This document shows positions 23,505 to 35,685 of a DNA stretch of 64,000 nt, piece by piece. Source of the DNA: Plasmodiophora brassicae. Lineage: Eukaryota. Position numbers and translations under genes: made by a program. Numbering within the stretch: the stretch's first letter is position 1; each line of letters starts with the position of its first letter. The DNA lies in the NCBI GenBank assembly GCA_036867785.1, contig CP145412.1, positions 310,001 to 374,000 of the forward strand, written 5' to 3'. A model generated the notes under the pieces. That model was not told where the DNA came from, ran no database searches, and was given only the letters and a program-made list of their open reading frames with translations.

Positions 23505-23783
23505 CTTAGCCTTCCTCTCCTGTACCCGCTTGTCCCGCTTCTGTCCCACATCTGTTAACAATACAATTTGCCTGGAATTGATGCCTGCAGCGCACGGTGA
23601 TTGACGACCTATTGTACGAGTGTTTGATGGACATTACGGGTCGGTTTGAATACCACACCAAGATGGCAATAAGTATTATATGTGCAGATCAACTGTTCTA
23701 GTCATTGACGTTACCTCAAAGGTGGGGAAGGGGGATGACATTGGGTCGCATTGGTGACAATTCGGGGCCGTCGGGCCAGTACG

Positions 23784-25226
23784 TCATGCCGGCCATGTAC
23801 CGAGAAGCGCCAAGATTTTCAAGCGGCGGCGATGGCCCTCACTGGTTCCGGCGCTGTAACCCCAGGCAAGGTCGGCTGCTGTCCGCTGGTCCCCGCCTCG
23901 TAACGCCGGATTGATCCCCGGTGCCTGTAACAGCAACCTGACGGCCTTGAAATTGTTGTGCTGAGCAGCCAGGTGCAACGGCGTCCTGAGCAGGAAGTCG
24001 CGAGCGTTAACGTCAACCCCGGGCGTATTCAGCACGGCCTTGATGAACCACGACGGGGTCGGTGCCGACCAATCCAGGTACGTGTGCAAAGGCGTACGCT
24101 GGATGCTATCGCCCGCGTTCACGTTGATCCCGGGCATGGAGAGCAGCCGTTGAATGGTACGAGGGTCGATCATACCACGTTGCGCTTCCCGGGCAGCCAG
24201 GTGCAGCGGTGTCCTGTCCGTCGGAAGCGCGTCGACATCGATTCCAGTAGCATTGAGCAGCAAGGCCACGATGTCGTGATTGACAGGGACCAGCGACGGC
24301 TGGGGAACCAACAGGCTATTGCGCCAAGCACACATCGCCGTTTGCAATGGGGTCGACTCTGCATACATTGACCTGGCATTAACGTTGATCCCGCGGACAC
24401 TCAGTAGCAGAGCGACCATGTCCTGGCGATCAGCTCGGACTGCCCAGTGAAGGGGCGTCTGCCGGTGGATGTCCAGCACATTGACGTTGACCCCGGGAAG
24501 GCACAGCAGGAACGCCATCAACTCCGGTTCGCCATCGGCGTATGCGACCCAGTGCAGCAATTTCAATCCGTCGGCCCACATCGCGTTGTTGATCATGGAG
24601 CCTGCGACCCTCTCTACAACAATGGCATCACGGATCTGATTCGCAACCGCCTTCTGATGATCGGTTTGGGCGATGCGGCACAGTCGGGCAACGACGTTCA
24701 TAACAAATTCGAGGGCGGCAGCCGGCACGTCCGGGGACGCTGCTAAGCGATGCCAGTCGACGTCGAGAGACGCGACCGCGACCGGGAACGAGCGCATATC
24801 GAGGTACCACGAGGCCGCCAGCGCCCTGCCGACCGTGTCGCCGTTTATCCAGGACATCTGGGATCTGACCCATTCGTCAGCGTGCCCGACCTATAGGCAA
24901 ACGAGTAACTCAGCAGTGGATCGTACAGGAACTTGGGCCGATATAGATACGTTGCCCACTGCGGTCGCGTTCATGAAGCCAGCGAGCAGCTGTAACTCGC
25001 GACTGGCGATCGCGGGCATGGGAACCGGAACACGGTCTTCGCCGCCGATATCAACCAGGTACATACGCAGCAGGCCTGAATGGGCGACGGCCGACGATGA
25101 GTCGACTTCAATGTCGACGCCATCGCCGGAGCGCAACGTGAGAGCATGAACGGCCCCGGAGACGAGCAGGATCGCGACAAGGCCACACACTGGGCCACCG
25201 ACCCGAACGGGATCGACGATGCTCAT
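23784..25226 (-). CDS. Secreted SKP1/BTB-like + ankyrin-repeat protein (~460 aa)
   Basis: Leader CGLVAILLVSGAVHA, LTLRSGDGVDIEVDSS..HSGLLR; 60-bp intron 24891-24950; multiple TPLH ankyrin repeats. Confidence 0.88.
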
Positions 25227-26405
25227 ACCTGGATCGACGCCGGGCGCTGATCTGCTAGGACTGGGAATGCGCCCAGATATAGAAATCAGGCCACGGGATG
25301 ATCAATGCCCCCAATGCGGGCTCGTGCATCATCACCTTACCGCTACACGTGATACAATGTGGCGTGCGCTCATGGACGCCGCGGTCGCCGGATGGACGCT
25401 GGTGGGTGCGGATCTCATGCACGTGCACATGCTCAACACCGATGCAAACCGAATCCGTCAGTGCCGCCGGTCAAACCGGATTGCTGCCGGCAAACGATGT
25501 GTATCTACGTACACAACAATGAATGCGCGGCAAGGTATTCAGATGCCTAGACCGGTCGAACTGTGGACGCGACATGGGTTCAGGCGCCCAGATCGGCGTC
25601 TGCTCGTCACCGTCAGAGATTCGGCGCCTGACCTGATCATTCGCGGAGTCCAACCCAGAGCGCCGACAGTCATGGGGTCGACCCCCTGTCGCAACGAGAA
25701 CAGATGATGTCGAGCTCTTGCTCCAGAAGCCACGCGACCCCCATTGTCCCGCTCCCCTGCACGATCCTGTCGGCGCCGTCGATCCTGGTGCGCGTTGACG
25801 GGGCGATCAGAGAGCCAGGTAGATGTGGAACAGACCGTTCCCGCTGCTCATGGTCATGTGTGCTGCGCGGAACAGCGGCATCGATCGGAAATGCAGGTCG
25901 TTGTCGACATATCGGCGGCGCCGCTCGTGTTCCCGCCCGCTAGGATCGCTCTTGACCACCACGCCTCACGATGGGCCGGCGTAACCTGCCGTGTCGCGGC
26001 AATGAGCCCAGGGAATATATATGCCACACTCCGATGCGTCTGACGACGTCCCGTCCTCTTGCTGGTTGTGCATGAATAGTCGTGGGCTTCTTCTACGAGG
26101 GTGCAGATCGGCTACGTACCTTCCCTGCCAGACATGACGTTCCGCGTCGAAGGCGCATAGAGCCCGGGAACGCCCTGTAAGTGATCCCGTTCGGAACGGC
26201 CATCCGTATCAAGTACGGGTCCAGCACCATGAGACTCAGCGTGTATCGGCCCCGGGCCGGTAATCCGCCAGGCACGTCTGGGAGCAGGTGGACGCGTCGC
26301 CAGCGCATGGTGGTATACAAGCTGGCTCTAGCCGGTGCAAGACTAAGCTCCGACTTGAAGGCAAGCTCCCAGATGTCATGGCGTGCCGGGCAGGGTCGAC
26401 ACGGT

Positions 26406-29315
26406 CTACTGTATTCTATGAGCCCGCCCGGAGCACCCATGCTCCGACGTCTGGTGCTCATCATAGTCGTTGATTCGGGTCAGCGTGGCCACCATCAGAC
26501 GGCGAATCGCGCTGGGCATGGGCGCGCCCGGGAACCGCCGCTGGGCGATCGCCATGATCGCCTCGCAGAACAGCTCGAACGTCATGATGCGCCCCGCCCG
26601 GTTGCTGGAGGCCACCACCGGTTCGATCAGAACGACAATCTGTGGCGGGCGCGCCGCCCGACTCGACTCGGGCCGTACCTGGCTGATCTGGAGACGATGG
26701 ACCTGCTGTGTCTGGCGGTGGCCTGGGTGATCTGCAGGAACAGCAGGTCGGCGTCGGCTCGGGAGAACCCGCCACGTCGGCTGGTCAGCTGGCACGCCGA
26801 CAGCAACCTGAGGAACTTGCTGGACGACCAGACCATGGCGTTGTCGCCACCGGCAACCATCTTGAACAGTCGCCAGGCGCTCAGGTTGCTGGTCGCGATC
26901 AGCTCGTCCGTCGTGATCGGCGTCCTCGGCCTCGGGAGCGACGACGATGCGCGCGTCGTTCGACCGTACGCCCCCTCCAGCGCCAGCATCTCGCTCCTCA
27001 GCAGGCGACCCACCTGCACTGCCGGTGATCAGCGCGCCGCCCCCCATTAACGGCACGAGCGGGCCGGGGCGCCTACCTCCTTCTGCATGTCGAGCTCGAC
27101 TTGCGCTCGGGTGACGGGCTCGAAGATGGCCAGGGCCGATACGATCCGCTGTCGTGCCGCGCGTCGCATCGTGGTCTTGCTGGTCAGGAACCGCTCGAAC
27201 AGGTCCGGGTCGCTGTCCTGCCCCTGCAATGCATCGTGGGCGTTGCGAACGCGCTCGCGTCGAATCTCGGCGCGCAGCTCCCGGCGCCACTGGTCCACTT
27301 CCTGGAACGGTCGCCCGGCCAACGGCACCTTCAGCAGGCACAGGTCGACGTACGTCGCATCCCTCTCCGGCAGCAACTCAATGACGCCCATGGCGCCGAG
27401 CGCGCCCCGGAACGGTTCCGACCGATCCGGGGCAGCGACGGGCGGCAAGTCGCCAACGACGACAGGCCGGGTGCCGACCTGGAGCATCCCCTCCATGTCC
27501 TTCATGAACGGGGTCCTGTTCGCGTCGCCCGGGCGTCGTCTCTCGCGAACCTTCCACACCTGAACCGCAAACGTCAGTCGTGGGACGCCCCCTCATGTTC
27601 TGGTGTGGGTGTGCCCGACCCGGGCAAGGTGTTTCTTGTTGGACGGGGCGCTCGAGCTCGTGCCCGGAGCGGTTGCCGCGGGCGCCGACGATGGCTTGGT
27701 GTGTCCGAGGACCTGGAGGATCTCCATGGTCTTCTCGATGACGGCGACCTTGATGGCGGCGTCGACGGGCGACCTCGTGCTGAAGCTGGGCGATGAGTTC
27801 ACCTCGAGCAGCCACAGCTTCAGGTGGGCGTCCATCAGGATGTCGAACCCGACCAGGTGGAACCCGCGGCAATCGACGTCGCTCTGCCCGTCAACGTCGA
27901 ACGCGGCTTGGTACGACCCCCACATGGCGGGCCACATCGCGATCAGCGTCTTCGTGACGATGTCGGCGACCTGCCGCCAGAACGCGTCCGGGTCGACGGC
28001 GTACCCGCGATGTTGCAACTGGTGCAGGACGGTCGAGATCGTCCTCTTGCTGGACGAATCGTCCGGGGGCGACTCGCCTTCCGGCGCGCGGAACGCGGTC
28101 GACTCCTTGTTCAATGAATAGTTCGTCAGGTGCATGAACATCCTGGACAGGTTCGCGTCGGTCGGCGTCTGGTACGGTTCCGTGGCGAACCGCGCCAGGC
28201 CGTCCTTGAAGAGGAAGGCGCGCAACGGGTCCAGGTCCTCGACCAGCACATAGACGCGCATGTCCCATTTGAGGCCGTCGACCAGCAGCGGCCTGTCGAT
28301 GTACCGCTGCACGACGACGCCCTGGTCGGCCTTGAGGCGACGGATCGAGTCCCACTTCTGCACCAGGCGGATATGGCGACCCTGCAGGCCGGACGTCGGC
28401 TTGACGATGTAGGTGGCGTGAGGCGCATGGCGCATGGCCTTCTCGCAGGCGATCCGGTCCTGCGGGAGCTCCCAGGTCGGCGGCACGAACGCGAACGCGT
28501 CGGATGCGAACATGCGCCGGTGCAGGTTCAGCAGTTTCGCCAGCGACGACTTGGTGACGATCGCATGCATCTGCGGCAGGTGGTTGACGCGCTGGTGCGG
28601 CAGCAGGTGCGCGTAGATGCCCGACTGACTGTGGTCGGTCCAGACGATCTCGGATTTGGCCATGTCGGCGTAGGGCACCTCGCAGATCTGGTCCGGGTGC
28701 CGCCTGAGCAGGTTCCGCACTGGGTACGTCAGACAGATTGGGTCGGGCGCGCGCGCGTGTGTGCTTACAAATGTCCCGAGCGGCGCTGTGGCACTTGGAG
28801 ATGCAGACGCCGATCGGCTGCCCGCCGCCCTTCTTCATATCGACAATGTCGGAGAACGACGGCAGGCGGCGACTGACAAGCGCGGACGAGGACGCCGAGC
28901 GGGCTAATGGCAATGTCGACTGCTGACCAGCTGGACAGCGGTTCGATTCGGTGACGATCGAGGGCAGAAGACTTGCGACGTTGGACTTAGAGCGTTCCAA
29001 GGGGATACTGGAAGGATTAGGCAGCGAACGTGGCCGCCGGACCGGGTCCCTGATGAGCACGCCTGCTTCGTCGTTAAGAAGGTGATCGGCCGTGGCGATT
29101 GACTTCTGGAGCGACAGCAGTATGGGCTCGTCGCTGCTGGCAATGGGTGCCCGTGGCGCCAGTGCTGACGGCGACTGCCATAACCGATGACGGACAGCCA
29201 GCAGATCCTCGTCGACGGGACCGCGTTGCTGTAGAACGTGAACAAGCGCCGAGGTTTGGACCCGAGACAGATCCAGGGTGACGCCATGAACGATGTCGGC
29301 GGCGGCGCCGCCCAT
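26406..29315 (-). CDS. Tubulin polyglutamylase-like TTLL protein with C-terminal p25alpha/TPPP-like domain (multi-exon, ends approximate)
   Basis: QRVNHLP, YIVKP..QG, VVQRYIDRPLLVDGLKWDMRVYVLV, GLARFAT, HLTNYSLNK, GFDILMD..WLLEVNSSPSF. Confidence 0.88.
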
Positions 29316-29862
29316 CAACGGTGATGATGCCCGGTGACGTTAACGCCGATCCATTAGAAGACGCTCGGCGAGCCCGCCTCGTACCCGGCTGCGATCAAAC
29401 CCGGGTACGCGTGCTTTAACTTTGGCGCTGTTCGACGAGGACGCAGGAAGTGCGCGCGCGACGGAATAACTTTGGCGGAGCAAAAAAACGAATCGCTCGG
29501 CCACGCTTCGATCGTGGGACCTATGGGTTATGGGCCCATCGCTCTTCCTACTGAGCTACCAAGCGCAACTGCGATTGCAGTCCCGTCGTGGGACTCTTTA
29601 GTGCATTCGTCAGGTGTGACATCGTAGCGGCGTCCTGCGGCGCGCAAAATCGAGAGGCCGCCCGCAGCGGACTGCCGCAGGGTGCAGTCGCGGGGGGCGA
29701 GTCGTCGTGACTCGTGCTGCAGCGCAGTGCAGTGCAGTGCAGTTGCCGCTGCCCCATGGTATGACATCAGGTCGGGCGTGCGTTGCGACTGCAACAGCGC
29801 GGTCTTTTCTCTTCGGGGAGCGCGCTTCAATTTGAGGTGGCGTCGTTCTGATCGATGGGCGC

Positions 29863-30693
29863 ATGTCAGGTTGGGTCAGTGACGACGGCGCCGATGCGAG
29901 CGACGTCGCCGCGCACCTGCGCCGGGCCCGGCACGCCCAGCGGTACCCGCCCATGCAGGTGATCGGCGACGATGTCGACGGCATGGAGATCGACGGCGCC
30001 CTGCAGGTGACCGATGTCGTGCAGGACGCGATCCAGGAGGAGATCCGCCTGCTGCGGGTGCGCCCGCACGACGACCACGTCGACGTCGGCGCACTGCCCA
30101 TGGCCCATCCGACCGACGGCGCCGACATCGCCATCCGCCTCGTCGTTGATACGAACTTCCTCCTCGGGCACCTGCGCTGGATGTCCAGCATCAAACCGGT
30201 GCTGGTCGCCCACAACGTTGCGTTTCTCGTGCCGTACGTGGTCATGCAAGAACTGGACGCACTGAAGGTTCGTCGGTTTGCCGTTTCGTTCGAATGTTTG
30301 GAACGCAGCGACGTATCTGACGGATGAATGCAGGGTTCGGAGCGTCTCCAATGCGGTTCGATGTCGACCGGGTCGTTGGCGCGTCAGGCGATTCGTCAGT
30401 TGCATCAGTGGATGCGCGTGGGTGATCGCGCCGTGCATGGGCAGATGCTGACGCAGCGTTTGAACGCCTCGGGTGCCGTCCTGGGCAACGACGACGAGGT
30501 GCTGGCGTGCTGCCTCTGGTTCCACCTGCGCCAGTGCCGTGTCGTCCTTCTGTCGAACGATATGAACCTGTGCGTCAAGGCCATGGCCAACCGGGTTCCG
30601 ACTCTCAGCCGCACGGACGGGTTCGACCTGGGCCCCGACGCGGATCAGGGCGCTCTCATTGACCATCTGTTCAACCTGACGGCAATGTCCTGA
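29863..30693 (+). CDS. PIN-domain RNA endonuclease, Swt1-like
   Basis: VVDTNFLL, VPYVVMQELDALK, NDDEVLACC, LLSNDMNLCVKA; intron 30268-30333. Confidence 0.85.
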
Positions 30694-31288
30694 CCGGTAA
30701 GAGGTGCAACGCTGTATCGCCGGGGCACTCATTCGTGACGTCTGCAGCACCAACGCTGCCTGTCCACTTCGAGGCATGCGCCGGACAGCGGCCCAGTGCC
30801 GTTCCTCCGGATGGAACCGAGGGGCGTATTCTAAGTTGCCGGTCCTGTGTGATGGTCTTGCGGTCCGAGGGTCGGAAACGACGAGCAACGACGACAATGG
30901 TAAAGTGGAAAGCGCAGACGGCGATCGCGCTGAAGGTGACGTCCGGGACGGTGGCCATCAATCTCCACGCCAAGCAGACGTAAATCGGCGCGACCGCCAG
31001 CGACCAGATGTCGTTGAGTGTGCGGTAAACGAGCAGGATACCCAGGGAAACTGCCATGGCATGCAGATGCCGACCCCCGGCTCAGGGGAACGTTAGCAGC
31101 CCGGCCAGTGACGACGATGCAGGACCTGGGCCAGTGTCAACAGTTTGACACGCTTCGATATTGCCCGGTCATTGCTGCGATACGCCGGTTGGCCAGTACA
31201 CTTGCCGGCTACGAATAATAATTAGGATAGAGCAGAAAAGCAGTATTGACGTTTACGATGCGAATGTTGCCAAATACCGACAGCGTCG

Positions 31289-32788
31289 TCAGCTGGCAGC
31301 AGCTGGGCCATGCCTAGCGAGGAGCGCCATGATCTTGGAGCGGAGTCGCCGGTCCTCGCTGGTTCTGGCGCTGTAACTCCTGGCAAGGTCGGCTGCTGTC
31401 CGCTGGTCCCCGCCTCGTAACGCCGGATTGATCCCCGGCGCCTGTAACAGCGACTCGATGGCCTCGAAATGTTTGTGCACAGTAGCCAGGTGCAACGGCG
31501 CCCTGAGCAGGAGGTCGCGAGCGTTGACGTCAACCCCGGGCGCATTCAGCAAGGCCTCGAGGAACCACAGCGGGAATGGTGCAGACCGATCCACGAGCGT
31601 GTGCGATGAAATATCCAAGAAGGTGTGCAAAGGCGTGCGCTGGTGGTCATCGACAGCGTCCACGTTGATCCCAGGCATAGAGAGCAGCCGCTCAACGGTA
31701 AGGTCGTTGATCATACCACGAAGCGCTTCAATGGCAGCCAGATGCAGGGGTGTCTCGCCATTAGCTGAAGGCATGGTGACATTGACTCCAGGAGCGTGCA
31801 ACAGCAGGTCGACGATGTCGTGGCTGACCATGATCAGTGCCAGCTCGGGAATCACAGTGCTGGGCCTCGCCGTGCAGTACCGCATAGAGGACAGCGCCAC
31901 ATGCAACGCTGTCGCCCGACCTGATTCGGCATTAACATCAATGTTGGGGGTGCTCAGCAGTAGAGCGACCATGTCCTGGCGATCAGCTCGGACGGCCCAG
32001 TGCAGGGGCGTCTGCCGATGGATGTCCCGCACATTGGGGTCGACCCCGGAAAGGCGAAGCAGACACGACATCAACTTGCGATTGCCATGGCATGCGACCC
32101 AGTGCAGCAACTTCAATCCGTCGGCCCACATCGCGTTGTTGATCACAGAGCTGGCGCGCGTCACATTCGCAGCCGCAAGGGCATCACGGATCTGGTCCAC
32201 GATCGCTTTCTGACCTGTGGTTCGCGCGAAGCGGCACAGCCGGGCGGCGTTCGTGATGAATTTGAGGGCAGAATTCACGTCCGGCCGGTACGCTGCTACG
32301 CCATACCAGTCGACGTCGAGAGACACGACCGCGACCAGGAACGCGCGCATCTCGAGGTACAACGAGTCCGCCAGCACCCTGCCGACCGTGTCGGCGTCCA
32401 TCCAGCACATCTGGGAAGTGACCCATTCGCCAGCATGACCGATCTGTAGGCAAACGCGCAACAGTGAGTAATGGATCAACGGGAGATGGTGCCGATATGG
32501 TACGTCGGTCGGTGCGGTGTCGTGCATGAACCGGACGAGGTGCTGTAATTCGGGGCTGGCGACGTTTAGGGCGGTGGGAACCGCAATACCGTCTTGCGTG
32601 TCGGGGCCGACCAGGTGTTTCCGCAGCAGACCTGAATGGGCGACGGCTGCCGACGAGTCGACTTCAACGTCGACGCCATCGCTGGAGCGCAACGTGAGAG
32701 CGTGAGCGGCCCCGGAGACGAGCAGGATCGCGACAAGGCCGCAGTACACGGCCGGGCGACCCATACGAACGGGGTCGACGATGCGCAT
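31289..32788 (-). CDS. Secreted SKP1/BTB-like + ankyrin-repeat protein (~479 aa spliced)
   Basis: Same leader and LTLRSSDGVDVEVDSS motif; in-frame 60-bp intron 32444-32503; multiple ankyrin repeats. Confidence 0.88.
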   Translation of the reverse strand: MRIVDPVRMGRPAVYCGLVAILLVSGAAHALTLRSSDGVDVEVDSSAAVAHSGLLRKHLVGPDTQDGIAVPTALNVASPELQHLVRFMHDTAPTDVPYRHHLPLIHYSLLRVCLQIGHAGEWVTSQMCWMDADTVGRVLADSLYLEMRAFLVAVVSLDVDWYGVAAYRPDVNSALKFITNAARLCRFARTTGQKAIVDQIRDALAAANVTRASSVINNAMWADGLKLLHWVACHGNRKLMSCLLRLSGVDPNVRDIHRQTPLHWAVRADRQDMVALLLSTPNIDVNAESGRATALHVALSSMRYCTARPSTVIPELALIMVSHDIVDLLLHAPGVNVTMPSANGETPLHLAAIEALRGMINDLTVERLLSMPGINVDAVDDHQRTPLHTFLDISSHTLVDRSAPFPLWFLEALLNAPGVDVNARDLLLRAPLHLATVHKHFEAIESLLQAPGINPALRGGDQRTAADLARSYSARTSEDRRLRSKIMALLARHGPAAAS

Positions 32789-32999
32789 ACCTAGCTGGAT
32801 CGACGCCGGGCGCTGACCCGCTGCTTGCCACGATGCAGGATGGGAATGCGCCCAGAAATAGAATCAGCAGTGTCGCCAAACACGCCGCGCGTTGCGAACG
32901 CGGCGTGGCCCTGTCTGCGCGGGCTGTGCGTGCCATGCGCGGCGCTGAACGGTAATGCGGGAACCCCCGTCGCTGGCCTGACCCGCGCGTAATGCCCAC

Positions 33000-34450
33000 C
33001 AACACACACACTGGTCGTAGCATTTGGTCGTCAATCACCATTCGCGGAAGGCACCAGTTCCAGGAAAATTGTATTGACAACAGATCTGGGACGCGTTTGC
33101 GAGCCGCCCGAGCCGGGAAGGAAAGTCCCCGTCAATGGAGGCGCCTTCCGCCCCGGGATGACGGGCGCCTTGCAAGCTGGAAGGGTGCAGCAGCAACGCC
33201 ATCAAATTGCGATCGCCATATTGACATGCGTCCCAGTGCGGCAACTTCAATCCTTCGGCCCACATGGCGTTCGTGGTATGATCAACGATCTTACCGTTGA
33301 ACGGCTGCTCTCTATGCCTGCACACCTTCCTGGATATTTCATCGCACACGCTCGTGGATCGGTCTGCACCATTCCCGCTGTGGTTCCTCGGGGCCTTGCT
33401 GAATGCGCCCGGGGTTGACGTCAACGCTCGCGACTAATTCCTGCTCAGGGCGCCGCTGCACCTGGCTGCTGAGCACAAACATTTCGAGGCCATCGAGTCG
33501 CTGTTACAGGCACCGGGGATCAACTCGGCGTTAACAGACGCCCACCACCGGACGGCAGCCGACCTTGCCTGGAGTTACAGCGCCGGAACCAGCGAGGACC
33601 GGCGGCGCCGCTCCAGGGATCATGGCGCTCCTCACTGGGCATGGCCCAGCTGCTGCCAGCTGACGACGCTGTCGGTATTTGGCACTATGCGCATCAGTTC
33701 CGTAAAGGTCATTGCTTTTCTGCTCTATCCTAATTGGTAGTCGGCAAGTGTACTGGCCAACCGGCCGGCGTATCGCAGCAATGAGTGCCGACCTGTTGAC
33801 ACTGGCCCAGGTCCTGCTGCATCGTCGTCACTGCCCGGGTCGCCTCGTCCTCTGCGGCGTGCTTCCTCTCGAACGTACTATGTACCTGCTAACGTTCCCC
33901 GGAGCCGGGTCGGCATCTGCATGCCATGACAATTTCCCTGGGTATCCTGCTCGTTTACCGCACATCAACGGCATCTGGTCGCTGGCGGTCGCACCGATTT
34001 ACGTCTGCTTGGCGTGGAGATCCATGGCCACCGTCCCGGACGTCGTCGCCCTCAAGGCGATCGCCGCCCGCTCTTCCCCTTTACCATTGTCGCCGTTGCT
34101 CGTCGCTTCCGGCCCTCTGACCGCAAGACCATCGCGCGCAGGACCGGCAACCCCGCATACGCCCGTGCCCTTGATGCGGATGCGACGCGCGCCAACTCTG
34201 TGATCAACAACGCGAGAAGGTGCCGCACAGCTGGGTCGCATGTCAATATGGCGATCGCAATTCGATGGCGTTCCTGCTGCCCCGCTCCAGCTCGCAAGGT
34301 GCCCATCAGGCTGCGGCGAAAGGTGCCGCCAGTGACGAGGGCTTTCGTTCCCGGCTCGATCGGGCGGCTCGCTAACGCGCCAGATCATCTGTTGGCAATA
34401 CACTTTGCCTGCAATTGGTGCCTACCGCGAATTGGAGATTGACGTCCAAT
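33000..34450. pseudogene. Rearranged ankyrin-effector fragments and inverted copy of the 30837-31720 segment
   Basis: 33265-34150 is a reverse-complement copy with deletions of 30837-31720; 33000-33265 and ~34200-34440 are mutually inverted diverged fragments. Confidence 0.8.
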
Positions 34451-34665
34451 GGTACAAACAGTTTGTTGGTGGGCATTACGGGTCGGGTTCTCGCAATACT
34501 ACCGTTCAGCGCCGCGCATGGCACGCACAGCCCGCGCAGACAGGGCCACGCCGCGTTCGCAACGCGCGGCGTGTTTGACGACACTGCTGATTCTATTTCT
34601 GGGCGCATTCCCATCCTGCATCGTGGCAAGCAGCGGGTCAGCGCCCGGCGTCGATCCAGCTAGGT

Positions 34666-35685
34666 ATGCGCATCGTCGACCCCGTTCGTATGGGTCGCCC
34701 GGCCGTGTACTGCGGCCTTGTCGCGATCCTGCTCGTCTCCGGGGCCGCTCACGCTCTCACGTTGCGCTCCAGCGATGGCGTCGACGTTGAAGTCGACTCG
34801 TCGGCAGCCGTCGCCCATTCAGGTCTGCTGCGGAAACACCTGGTCGGCCCCGACACGCAAGACGGTATTGCGGTTCCCACCGCCCTAAACGTCGCCAGCC
34901 CCGAATTACAGCACCTCGTCCGGTTCATGCACGACACCGCACCGACCGACGTACCATACCGGCACCATCTCCCGTTGATCCACTGCTCACTGTTGCGCGT
35001 TTGCCTACAGATCGGTCATGCTGGCGAATGGGTCACTTCCCAGATGTCCTGGATGGACGCCGACACGGTCGGCAGGGTGCTGGCGGACTCGTTGTACCTC
35101 GAGATGCGCGCGTTCCTGGTCGCGGTCGTGTCTCTCGACGTCGACTGGTATCGCGTAGCAGCGTACCGGCCGGACGTGAATTCTGCCCTCGTACTCGTTA
35201 CGAACGCTGCCCGGCTGTGCCGCTTCGCGCGAACCGCAGGTCAGAAAGCGATTGTGGACCAGATCCGTGATGCCCTTGCTGTGGATGCGACCCGCGCCAG
35301 CTCTGTGATCAACAACGCGATGTGGGCCGACGGATTGAGGTTGATGCACTGGGTCGCATGCCATGGCGATCGCAATTTAATGGCGTTCCTGCTGCGCCTT
35401 CCCGGGGTCGACGTCAATGTGCGGGACATCCATCAGCAGACGCCCCTGCACTGGGCCGTCCGAGCTGATCGCCAGGACATGGTCGCTCTACTGCTGAGCA
35501 CCCCCAACATTGATGTTAATGCGGAATCAGGTCGGGCGACAGCGTTGCATGTGGCGCTGTCCTCTATGCGGTACTGCACAGCCAACCTTGCATGGACGTA
35601 CGACGCCGGAACCCGCGAGGACCGGCGGCGCCGCTCCAAGATCATGTCGATCCTCGCTAGGCATGGCCCAGCTGCTGTCAGCTGA
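34666..35685 (+). CDS. Secreted SKP1/BTB-like + ankyrin protein, inverted paralog of the 31289 gene with in-frame deletion (~319 aa spliced)
   Basis: Near-identical 5' half and promoter; intron 34951-35010; joins RYCTA directly to NLAWTY. Confidence 0.82.
   Translation: MRIVDPVRMGRPAVYCGLVAILLVSGAAHALTLRSSDGVDVEVDSSAAVAHSGLLRKHLVGPDTQDGIAVPTALNVASPELQHLVRFMHDTAPTDVPYRHHLPLIHCSLLRVCLQIGHAGEWVTSQMSWMDADTVGRVLADSLYLEMRAFLVAVVSLDVDWYRVAAYRPDVNSALVLVTNAARLCRFARTAGQKAIVDQIRDALAVDATRASSVINNAMWADGLRLMHWVACHGDRNLMAFLLRLPGVDVNVRDIHQQTPLHWAVRADRQDMVALLLSTPNIDVNAESGRATALHVALSSMRYCTANLAWTYDAGTREDRRRRSKIMSILARHGPAAVS

Noticed and set aside
30671-31057. Small hydrophobic ORF downstream of the effector gene
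   Set aside because: Its inverted copy at ~33926-34150 is frameshifted relative to it and no family was recognised; treated as duplicated flank
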